Positions 53,300-64,000 of a stretch of DNA of 64,000 nucleotides are shown here, one piece after another. The stretch's first letter is position 1, and the number at the start of each line of letters is the position of its first letter. The notes under the pieces were generated by a model. That model was not told where the DNA came from, did no database searches, and saw only the letters and a program-made list of their open reading frames with translations. A program made the position numbers and the translations under genes. Source of the stretch: Mobula hypostoma (taxonomy: Eukaryota); the NCBI RefSeq assembly GCF_963921235.1, contig NC_086097.1:36520001-36584000 (forward strand). The letters run 5' to 3'.

Positions 53300-54999
53300 C
53301 TATTTTCTATTACTATTTATTATTATTATTTCAATGACTATTACTATTTACTATTTACTAATAGTAATATTACTATTACTATTTATTATTTATGGTGCAA
53401 CTGTAACGAAAACCAATTTCCCCCGGGATCTATAATGTATGACTATGACTAATTCATGGCAGTATTAACTGAACTCCATTCTATATCTTAATTCACCTTC
53501 AAGAAACAGGAACAAAAACAGGATTGAACTTTCTTGATTTCTATGCATTCCTGGTATCAGACTGTGAGAATTAATAGCAATTCCTTAACACTCATTATCA
53601 AAGGGTAAAGAAAAAAGAAGACAAAGGGATGAGTTCATCATGGAGACTTAGGATGAAAATTGCAAATATGTGATTGAGGAGCGGAAGGACACTATTGCCA
53701 TTTTGTTTTTCAATAAAATGGTAGCTGATCTGACTCTAACCTCAGTTCACATTCCTGCCTGCTCTTTCTAGTTTTCCATATGCTTGCATATTAAGGTTCC
53801 ATCATCTTTGCCTTAAAATTGTTCAAATTTTCTGCTTCCATGAGCCTTTGAAGAAGAGAGTTCTAATAATGTATGATCCTGAGCAGAAAATAAAATCACC
53901 CAATCTTTGTCTTGAATGGGTGATACTATGAATAGTAACTCCCCCCGCATCCCCCACCACCACACACAGACTCTTCTGCAAGAAAAAAAGCATGTTTTCT
54001 ATACACAGCCTGTGGGGATTTCTCTGGATACACAGATAGATGCAGGCAAGGGTCAAAGATTTCCACTGTGCATCAGGAATTGATTATTTCCTACTAACCT
54101 ACCCCTCCAACTTTCTTCACAGTCAACACAACATCCATTCATTTAAATGGACTGGAAAATCAGAGGCCAGATGACCAATTCCAACATCAGCCCCAATGAA
54201 CTCGAGCACCAAACAGATGTCAAGGTGAGGCGGAGGGTTATAATGGAAAACGCTGGCCTCTCAATTGAACAGGAAGAGTGAAGAAACTTGCAAAATAGTT
54301 CACAGAGATGTTTAAACAATAGTTTGAAAAACTTGCTCTTGTCATGATAAAGAAGTCTTGTATGAGAATGACCAAAGGTAAAACGAGAAAAGTGCCATCC
54401 ATTCCGTGACAAAATAAAGCACTTACATCCTGAGGAATTCTTTCTCCATAGTAACCTTGTGCATCAAACAGTGAACCTGGTTTGTGCATAGCCCATGGCT
54501 AGCATATTTAAAATCAGTAGTAATGGAAAGTAACAGCATTAATTTATAATTGTCGTACACTGAAGAGCTGCTACTTAACAACACTCATTTGAGCATTCAA
54601 TATCATGACTAGTCAGATTTATCACCAGCAAGTGAATAATCTAAATATAACCCTAGTGAGTAAATGTGCAAGGCATTTGACAAGAGACAGGGAAAACTGC
54701 TGGTAAGGTCACAGAGGAGTCATGTTCTCAATGAATGGTGGAATAGTTTTGATTGTCAATTAGCTTACTCCTGTTCTTAAGACACAGATTAAAACCAACC
54801 ATCTAAAGAAGCCATGGATAAGTGAGCTGTTTCAAATTGGAATGCTCTCTCCAACAATGTTCATCATCGTTTGAAAAAGAGGCCACATGAGCAGGCAAGC
54901 AAGACTAACTGGTAATTCTTTCAAACAGATGGTACAGTCTCGTTTTGCTGTGTAATGCATGACCGTATGGTGTGGTACTTTGTCATACAGATTCGACAG

Positions 55000-56460
55000 A
55001 GAATCGGAATCAGAATAAAGTTTATTACCACTGCCATATGTCACAAAATTTGTTGTTTTGTGGCAGCAGTACAGTGCAGGACATAACAATTGCTACTATA
55101 AGTCACCAGAATAAATGAACAGTGCAAAAGAGAAAAAATGAGATTGTGTAATGGTCTGTTCAGAATCCTGATGGTCGTTGCGGGGGTGGGGAAGAAGAAG
55201 CGGTTTCTAAAGCAGCCAGTGTGAGCCTTCAGGCTCCTGTCTCTCCTCCCAATGGTAGTAACAAGAAGAGGGTATATATGCCTGGATGGTGATGTTCCTT
55301 CATGATGGTTGCTGACTTCTTGAAGCACTGTCTCTTCAATCGGTCCTTGATAGTGGGGAGGGTTGTGTCTATGATGGAGTTGGCTGAATGCACAATCCTC
55401 TACAGTTTCCTGCGATCCCGTGCAATGGAGCCTTCACGCCAGGCTGTGATGCAGCTCGTCAGAATGTTCTCCACTGTATATCTGTAGACTCTTTGGTCAC
55501 ATACCAAATCTTTTCAAATAAGTAAGCCACTGGTGTGCCTGCTTTATGATTGCATCAATGCATTGGGCCTAAGGTAGATCCTCTGAGTTACTGATGGCCA
55601 AGAACTTGAAGCTGCTCAGCCTTTCCACCACTGACCTCTCAATGAAGGCTTATATGTTTCTCCTGACTTCCCCTTTCTGAGATCCACAATCACTTCCATG
55701 GTCTTGCTGACATTGAATGCCAGGCTGCTGTTGTGACATCACTCAGCCAGCTGATCTACCTCACTCCTGTACACCTCCTTGTTGCCATTAGAGATTCTGC
55801 CAGCAACACCGATGTCATCAATGAACGTATAGGTGCCATTTGAGTTGCGCCTGGTCACATAGACATGACTGCAGTGAAAGCAGAGCATTGAGCTCAGTGA
55901 AGTCACCAGTGAGGAGGAAACATTATTACTGATCTGAACTGTCATCCCATGATGAGGAAGTTAAGGATCCAATTGCACACAGAGGTACAAAGGCCTAGGT
56001 TTTAAAGTTTGTTCATTGGCACTGACAGTACTGTTGAGCTGTGATCAATAAACAGCAGCATGATGTAGATGCTGCTGTTCCCAAAGCTGAATGGAAAGCC
56101 AGTGAAATTGCATCCATTATAGACCTGTTGTGGCAGTAGGCAAATTGCAGAGTGCTCAGCCCCTTGCTCGGCCAGGAGTTAATTATAGCCATGACCAATC
56201 TATTAGCGTAGATATTCATGTTACCAGGCAACAGCCACCGCGGCAGCTCAACCTGCTCTCTTTAAAGCGTGTATTTGATTGATGTCCTTTTAAAGTAAGT
56301 GAGAACCTCCAACTCGAAGGTACACACTCACTCACACTGCTCCTGACGAAACCTACGGCCACCATGGCACATCCATTCAGATCCATAGGTGAGTCCCTGA
56401 ATACTGTCCAGTTCACTGATTGAAAGCAGTCCTGCAAATGCTCCACTACCTGTCGTGATC
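55000..56460 (-). mobile_element. Decayed Rex1/Babar-type LINE
   Basis: LQDCFQSVNWTVF, LQFAYCHNRSIMDAIS, FIDDIGVAGRISN...YRSEVDQLAE, and a (TTCTGA) tail near 55000. Confidence 0.82.
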
Positions 56461-56929
56461 AAATCCTCAATGCCCTCATCACTGATGCTGTGGTCATCAT
56501 CTCTGTCTATATCTCTGAAGCACAGCCAGGTGATCAAATTTGCCAAACTGCGGTTATGGGGCGGCACGGTAAGCGTTCTTAATGAAAGTGTAACAGTGAT
56601 CAAATGTGCTGGTTACTCTGGTTCCATACCTGAGCACTTTCTGAACATTAGCAACTATGTCTCATAAACATCATCCAAGTCAGTTGCATGGTGCTGCGAT
56701 AAAGAATAACCGTGGGAGGGATGAACCAAAGGTGAAGAATGAAGGTGGGGTGGGGGGATGGGGACGTGGATGTGTGTGAGCCTTTATTCCAAGAGGATTT
56801 AGGGAAACTTCCCCATTTCATTTTTGGATTCTGAGACATTTTATCATCTGAAGGAAAGCACTGGAAAATAAGTAACAATTTATACCAACCCGATCATTAT
56901 ACCTCTATCGTGGCATGGAGTTAAAACTC

Positions 56930-57722
56930 AGTTAGTGCTTTAGGAACAGCTTCTTCCCCTCTGCCATCAGATTCCTAAATGGACACTGAACATTTGGACA
57001 CTACCTCACTTTTTTTAATATATAGTGTTTCTGTTTTTCACACAATTTTAATCTATTCAATATATGTATACTGTAATTTATTTACTTATTTATTATTATA
57101 TATTTTTTTCTTCTATATTATGTATTTGTCAGGGCACTGGAACAGCAATCCAATCGCAGACCCAGTACTGTGCACAGTGATATTAATTGAGTAACAAATC
57201 CTGAGGTGCAAACAAAGTCAGCGTCAAAGTTCAGGCAGAGATCAAAACATCCAGAGCAATCCAAACTCCAGAATTGGGAAACAGGCAGAGTCAATATTCA
57301 GATGGACAGAGTACAGATACAAATACTGGAAAGGCTCAGGAAAACTCACTGGCACAATCTGGCAACAAACAGGTGAAAACACAGGACTAAAATACACTGA
57401 GCGATAAACAGAGAGGCAGATGATAGGTGGAGCACAATGAGACAGAAGTGGCAGCAATACAGGTAATAATGAGAAACAGGTGAGAGGTGGAGTATTCAGT
57501 AATACAGGGGCTGGAGTAGAGCAGGAGCGGGGACAGGAGCACATGGGGTAGGAAAACCAACAAGAGCACATGGCAATACAAAACCACAGACTGACAGTTA
57601 GGGAGAAAACACACAAAAAGTCAAAGTTCAGCTAGAGGTACTGCCAGTAATGCATTGAACTGCTGCTCAGTTAACAAATTTCACGTCACATGCTGGTGAT
57701 AATAAACCTGATTCTGATTCTG
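56930..57722 (+). mobile_element. Rex1/Babar-type 3' end split by a solo LTR
   Basis: TAGGAACAGCTTCTTCCCCTCTGCCATCAGATTCC ... TATGTATT | GCATTGAACTGCTGC ... AATAAACCTGATTCTGATTCTGA. Confidence 0.75.
57127..57646. mobile_element. Solo LTR, 520 bp, probably Gypsy
   Basis: TGTCAG...CTGCCA termini. 5-bp TSD GTATT/GTAAT with one mismatch. The host repeat rejoins cleanly when it is removed. Confidence 0.75.
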
Positions 57723-58689
57723 AAATTCATGAATATGATGCAGGTAGGCTACAGCTAGGATGAGCCTATTCAATATTTTATCGTGCTCTAAAATTGATCT
57801 CAGGCGAATCTTGACACGAATGGAGGAATTTCTGATAGTTTATCCTTTGGATTCCTGCATCAGGAAGTTCGGGAATGTAGACAGGATTTGGGAAAATACC
57901 ATGCTCTGTCGAAATAATTACCATTGTCAAAGAGTTCTCCGTTACTCATTGTCTAAACTCTCACAAACCAAAATGTCTCACGGGTTTTGTCAGAATCTGT
58001 GAATTAGACATTCGATTGAATCACTAACTAAACAGATGATGAAAATTGCTGAACAAATAAAAATGTACGGATATGGATATAGGAGATGGAAAGAAGGACT
58101 ATTCTGCCCCTTTCCTACACGAACCTTCATCCCTTCATTTATTTATCATCTAAAAATTAATTAATCTTTGTTCACATTATGCTCAGTAACTGAGACACCA
58201 GAGGCTTCTTGAGAGAGAAAATTCTAAGCTTACCTCTGGATGAAGAAGTATTTTCTTATTTCAGTCCTGAATGGTTAATCCCTTACTCTGAGATTGTGAT
58301 CCCTGGTTTGTGACACCCCAACCAGGAGAAATGTCAACTCTACATCTACTCTACTAACTCTCACCTTCTACACTCAGAAGATTATGGACCCAATCTGCTT
58401 AATTTCTCCTCCTATTATAAACTTGCCATTCCACAAATCACACAAAATGCAGGAGGAACTCAGCAGGTCAGGCAGCTTGTAACTAAAGATGCTGCCTGAC
58501 CTACTGAACTTCTCTAGCATTTTGTGTGTGTGGCTCAAGATTTTTGTGCAGAATCTTGTGTTCCTTAATTCAATATGGTGAATTATGCACTCCCTGTGTT
58601 TCAAACATATCTATTCTTAGGTAAATAGATCAGACCTATACACAAAATTTGAGGTGTGATCTTCTAAGATATTTTTATTATTTAAAAAC

Positions 58690-60100
58690 CATAAGACCAT
58701 AAGATATAGGAGCAGAATTAGGCCATTTGGCCCATCGAATCTGCTCTTCCATTTCATCATGAATGATCCATTTCCCTCTCAGCCCCAATCTCCTGCCTTC
58801 TTCCCATATCCCTTCATGCCCTGACTAATCAAGAATCTATCAACTTCTGCCTTAAATAAGCCATGACTTGGCTTCCACAGCTGCCTGAGACAACAAATTC
58901 CACAAATCCACCATTCTCAAGCTAAAGAAATTCCTCCTCATTTCTGTTCTAAATGGATGCCATATTCTGAGGCTGTGCTGTCTGGTCCTAGACTTCCCCA
59001 CCATAAGAAACAACCACTCTTTTGAGGCCTTTCAACATTTGATAGGTTTCAATGAGATCACCCCCTCCCCCCACATCATTCTTCTGAATTCCAGTGAGTA
59101 CAGGCCCAGAGCCATCAATTGTTCCTCATGTAGTAACCCTTTAATTCCTGGAATCATTCTCGTGAACCTCGTCTGAACCTTCTCCAATGTCAGCACATCC
59201 TTTCTTCAATAAGGGACTGAAAACTGCTCACAATACTCCAACTGAGGCCGTACCAGTGTTTTATAAAGCCTCAAAATTACATGCTTGCTTTTATATTCTA
59301 GTTCCCTAGAAATTAGTGCTAACATTGCATTTGCCTTCCTCACCACAGACTCAACCTGCAAATTAACCTTTAAGGAATACTGCTCAAGGACTCCTATGTC
59401 TCTTTGTACATTGGAAATTTGAGTTTTCTCTCCATTTAGAAAACAGTCTACACTTTTATTTCTTCTAGCAATGTGCATGACTGTACACTTCTCAAACCTG
59501 TATTCCATCTGCCACTTCTTTGCCAATTCTCCTGCTCTCTCTTAATCCTTCTGCAGCCTCCCTCCTACCTCAAAATCATCTGCCCCTCCACCTATCTGCA
59601 TGTTGTCTGCCAACATGGCCACAAAGCCATCAATTCCATCATTCAAATTATTAACATATGACATAAAAAGAATTGGTCCCAACACAGACCCCTGTGGAAC
59701 ACTACGAGTCACCGGCAGACAACTAGAAAAGGCTCCCTTTATTCCCACTTTTTGCCTCCTGCCAATTAGCCAATGCTCTATCCATGCTCATATCTTTCCT
59801 GTAATACTATGGGATCTTCACTTGCTAAGCAGCCTCATGTGCAACACTTTGTCAAAGGCCTTCTGAAAATCGAAGTACAAAACATCCACGGACTCTCCTT
59901 TGTCTATCCTACTTGCTATTTCTTCAAAGAATTCCAACAAATTCGTCAGGAAATCATGCTGACTATAGCCTAATTTCATTATGTGCCTCCAAGTAACCAG
60001 AAACCAAATCCTTAACAATCAACTCCAACATTTTCCCAACCACTGTGGTCAGACCAACTGGCCTATAACTTCCTTTCTCCTGCCTCCCTCCCTTCTTGAA
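58690..60100 (-). mobile_element. CR1 LINE RT and 3' end fragment
   Basis: LTNLLEFFEE...DFQKAFDKV, SVPQGSVLGP, KWQMEY...LVRPQLEYC, tail (TCTTATGG)n. Confidence 0.9.
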
Positions 60101-61012
60101 AAGGTCATCTTGCAAGGACAACATTTTGTTTGCTTTCCTAATTACTTCTTACACCTCCATGTTCCAGTGAGTTGTGTACAAATACTCCCATTCCCATCGG
60201 TGCAGCAACAATATTCCCTCTCTCAAAATCGAAAAAATATTTTGGATTTCTAATATTTTGTACTAGAGCAGATTACCTCATATTTTTCACATTGGATTAC
60301 ATTTGCCGTCTGCCTGACTGTTCATGTAATCCGCATAAATCTCACAGAAACTCTTAGCATTCTCCTCACAATCATACACAAATTTGGATGTTTTATACAT
60401 TATCCCTCTATCCAATATGAACAGCTGAGGCCTAAACACCCATCACTTTGGCAACCAAAGGCATAATCTCCAAACCTGAAAATTACCCACTTGCTTTCTA
60501 TCAGTCAACTAGGTCTCAATCCATGGCATTATATTTTCTCAAAATTTTGGTTAACAATCTTGTATGGCACATTATTAAAGGCTTTTTGGTAATCCAAATA
60601 CTCCTTGTTAACCAGTTTAACCTTATCTATTCTATTTGTCACAACCTAAGACAACTCTAACAGATGTACCGCACATTAAGTAAATCCATGCTTATTCTGC
60701 CCATTCCTGTAACTCGTTCCTAAGTACCTTGATGTCACTTCCTTGATAATATCTTTAACATTTTCTTCACTCCTGAAGTCAGAATAACTGGCCTATAATT
60801 CTATATTTATCTCTCACTGCAACACAGACACAGGCTCTTTAGACCACAATGTTTTTCAAAGTTCAAAGTAACTTTGTTTGCCTAATTAAACAAGTAACAA
60901 CGCATAATTAAACTAATCCCTTCTGTCTTCACAATGTCCACGTTCCCCGTACTCTGCACATTCATGTGCCTTTAAAATGTCTTAACAAACAGTGGGTAAT
61001 ACACTGAACGGG

Positions 61013-61178
61013 TGTTGTGTTTGTTATTGAGGGACAGTGCACATCACACCAGGATCCAACATGCAGGATACTCAACTGAACTTTATTGACAACCCTGCTT
61101 GTACAGTGTGTGAACTCCTCCCACGTGGGAGCAGCTAGCTGAGTGGCAGAGGGGGTAACACTGTTAACTACCACTACA
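61013..61178 (-). mobile_element. 3' LTR (166 bp) of the Gypsy element
   Basis: Minus strand TGTAGT...ACAACA with internal AATAAA (61087-61082), directly after the polypurine tract AAAAGGGGGAGA (61190-61179). Confidence 0.8.
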
Positions 61179-64000
61179 TCTCCCCCTTTTGGGAAAAAAA
61201 GAGAAAATGTATGTACTTCTTGTCTCTAGAACTGCTTTGAAATTATAGTCACTGAAATTGAGCAATTTAATCCATTCTACCCTTAGCACATAACTTATGT
61301 TCCTTACATAACCACAAAAAAGAATCGCCAACATTATAAGTGTCTCTCTCTTTGTTTTTATGGTCTCTTTGTTTTCCTCCGTTTCTTTCACCAATTCCTT
61401 TTTTTTAAGGAACAATCTCATTTTGGGGAATGTTTTCAACATTAGGACTCTTTTTAAAAAACACTAAATCTAATGGTAGACTGCAGGAACACTCATGTCA
61501 GAGGCAAAGTTAGAGGATTATTCTTCCTCTTTAGTCACTTGCCCTGAGCTTTTAGACTATGAAGTATATCACTGTGGCGGGACAGATAAACGGCCCGAGC
61601 TGGCGTGGGTTACTGGGAGTGTTGGAGTGGATAAAGACTGTTGAACAGGTGCATCCACCTCAGGTAAGTGGTCCTTGTCAGGAGGATCAGGCCACTCTAT
61701 TTGTTTCTCTACCCCTCATGAATTTTGAAGGTGCATGACAGAATACCTGTTCTGCCTGATTTCACTTTGTGATGTTCTGATCACAAACAATCATGGTGCA
61801 TGCTGCTGCACTACTGTTCCTTTGGTGATTTTGGTCTGAAACCCAAACAGCTTCCCCACTCCTGAGCAGCGGCAAAGACTTTGCTCTGTGTCTGAGATCA
61901 TGCACGCTCTTCGTTTTCTCACGCTGTGTTGTCTCAAAATTTCTCACTTTGTCTAAGTCCAATAAGAGAACTTGGAGAAGGGAAGGAAGAATGGGCAGGC
62001 TTGTTCTCAGTCTCTGGCCCATTGACAGCGCTGATGGACTGCAGCCATTTACAAGAGGTGGGGGGTGATAGGCTAGCAATGTTTTGTAAGGATCTTTTGC
62101 CTCCAGTAGGAAACTTAACAGTTTTTACTGCTCTTTCTGCTTCGCCATTTGCCTACGGCTACCATGGAGTGCTTGTCTGGTGTTTGAATGCACAGTCCCT
62201 GGCAAAGGCGTTGAATTCTGAGCAGCTGATTTGTGGACTTTTGTCTGACGTAAGTGTCTCTGGTATTCCACAGCGAGTGAATACAGCTTTCTGGTGCTGT
62301 GCTGCTGAAGATGTAGAGGACATCTTGGACACCTCAACATTCTGTGAGTAGAAATCCACAGGGAAAAGATATTTGTCTCTTTTCAGCTCAAAAATGTCTG
62401 AGCCTGCAATTTGCCATGGAACGTTTGGGAATTCTGTGGTTCAGCATGATTATTGTGCAGTTTTCTGCATGCTTCACACTGCTCTACATAATCTCCCAGC
62501 CGTGTGCTTAGACCGGGCCACCACACAGATTGCCTTGCCCTTAGGTGACATTTTTTAATGCCTTGATGTCCTTGGTGGATTTGACTGATGATTTTGGTGT
62601 GCATAGAAGCAGGAATAATGTCTGGAGCCATTTAGCAGCAAACCATCAAGAATGGAAGTTTATCTCTTTCAAGCTAGTAAGGTCTGAGTTCAAGGCCTCC
62701 TGTTGGAACGACTGGCCATCCGTGCTTACAGTATTGCATGACCTTGCTGCAGATTTGGTCCTTTTTCAACTCAACATGAATTTGGCCCAGTTTACTCTGT
62801 GATGCAGGAAAGCTTTCACGTACCTGAGCTAAGTAGATGTTGGCATCGTCCATGAGAACAGAGTCAGCTTCTCTCCACTTACTTTTAAATAGCCTCCTTG
62901 ACAGAGTGTCTGGTGTTGTGAAAGATATGCCAGGGACATGTTCAATGTCATGACAGTATTGCATAACCCTCATTCTGAATCTTTGCAGATGTGGAGCTAA
63001 GTCATCCAAGTGCTTCAGCTAAAGAGAATGACAAGTTTCAAGTAGGTACTTAGTGCCTATCAAGTAGCAGCTGAAGCGCTCACAAGTCCACATGAAAGCC
63101 AGTGTCTCCTTTATGATTCGGGTGTAATGCTGTTCTTGATGCATATGCCTCTGGTTTCTATATACCACTGCAGTATTGCATGAGCACTCCTCCAGGCCAA
63201 AGGGAAAAGCATCTGCTGAGATTTTGAATGCTTTGTTCAGATCAAAGAACACCAATATCGGCGGAGAGATAAGCTCAGCTTTAAGTGATGAGAATGGCTT
63301 CTCCCGTGGTGCATCCCACATCCAAATGTTTCCCTGAGAGAGGAGGTCACATAGTAGCTTTGTTTTCTCTGCCAAATCTGAAATAAACTTTCCCAGCTGG
63401 TTTACCATGCCAAGAAAACAGCAGATCTCTGATACATTCATAGACAGTTCCACGTTCCGAACTCCTGCCAGTTTGTCTGAATCAGTTTGCACTTCCTCTG
63501 AGTACAGTTGGTGGCCTAAGAACTTCACCTCCAACTTTGCAAATTTGCATTTCTTTTTGTTGAGGATGATTCCAGCCTGTTACAGTTCCTCCAAGGCAGC
63601 TTCCACTCTTTTGTCATGTTCCTCAATTGAGCCTCTGAAATTGAGTATACCATCCATGAGGCTGACTACTCCTTCCAGTCCCTCCAAAATCTGGTTCATC
63701 CACATCTGAAGAAGTTCAGTGGCTGATGAGATGCCAAAAGGGAGTCTCTTGAAGGCATAGTGTCCATATGGTGTAATAAAGTTTCTGAGCTTCTGTGACT
63801 CAGGAGCTAAACAGATCTGCCAGAACCCTGAGTTTGCATCTCGTCTGCTGAAGAACTTTGCATACCCAATATGTGCTCTAATGAGGGCAGAATAAACTTC
63901 TCCTGCCTCACTGCATTATTCAATTTTGTAGATCAACACAGATCCTCACTGTGCCATCTGGCTTGGGAACAGGAACAATGCCCACACACCAGACAGTAGG
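61013..64000 (-). mobile_element. Decayed Ty3/Gypsy LTR retrotransposon (RT, RNase H, integrase, PPT, 3' LTR), running off the window
   Basis: GHYAFKRLPFGISSA, EVKFLGH, FLGMVNQLGKFI, ISADA, HQGHQGIKKC...WWPG...CEAC, GIPETLTSD. Domain order RT-RH-IN, many frameshifts. Confidence 0.93.

Larger units (their letters stand above)
52562..53452 (+). mobile_element. Rex1/Babar-type 3' end hosting the RTE-related insertion
   Basis: AGGAAGTCATTCCTGCCTGTGGCCATCAAACTTTACAAC, AT-rich UTR and ATGACT repeat tail. Confidence 0.7.

Noticed and set aside
52724..53435. ORFs of 191 aa (minus) and 159 aa (plus)
   Set aside because: They cross the inversion junction or the (CAA)n tail of a non-coding retroposon and show no recognisable domain.
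54421..54490. Strong minus-strand donor (GTAAGT at 54426-54421) as a candidate PKC exon end
   Set aside because: The upstream translation (HKPGSLFDAQGYYGERIPQD) is not PKC-like and I saw no convincing acceptor.

Overview
This is eukaryotic (vertebrate) DNA. The repeat content (CR1 LINEs, V-domain SINEs, Penelope, Rex1/Babar, RTE) suggests a cartilaginous fish, probably a ray; that assignment is inference. The only host gene I can support is the 3' part of a novel-type protein kinase C (epsilon/eta subfamily) on the minus strand. It has four GT-AG exons (32753-32615, 24282-24094, 6469-6323, 4374-4228) encoding the C-terminal kinase lobe and AGC tail. I did not find the next upstream exon in the window. 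The rest is intron or 3' flank filled with often nested transposable elements: CR1, Penelope, Rex1/Babar, RTE-related elements, a decayed Gypsy with PPT and 3' LTR, two solo LTRs, a TA-flanked MITE and a hAT-like remnant. The most interesting layer is candidate self-cleaving RNA. An HDV-like ribozyme fold can be rebuilt at the 5' end of an RTE-related non-autonomous element whose head was inverted on insertion (52733-53299), and a colinear sibling carries a different tail (15973-16479). Hammerhead cores sit in Penelope tails, including a palindromic double copy (31509-31880). Family names come from motif recognition only, with no database search, and TE boundaries without a stated TSD are approximate.
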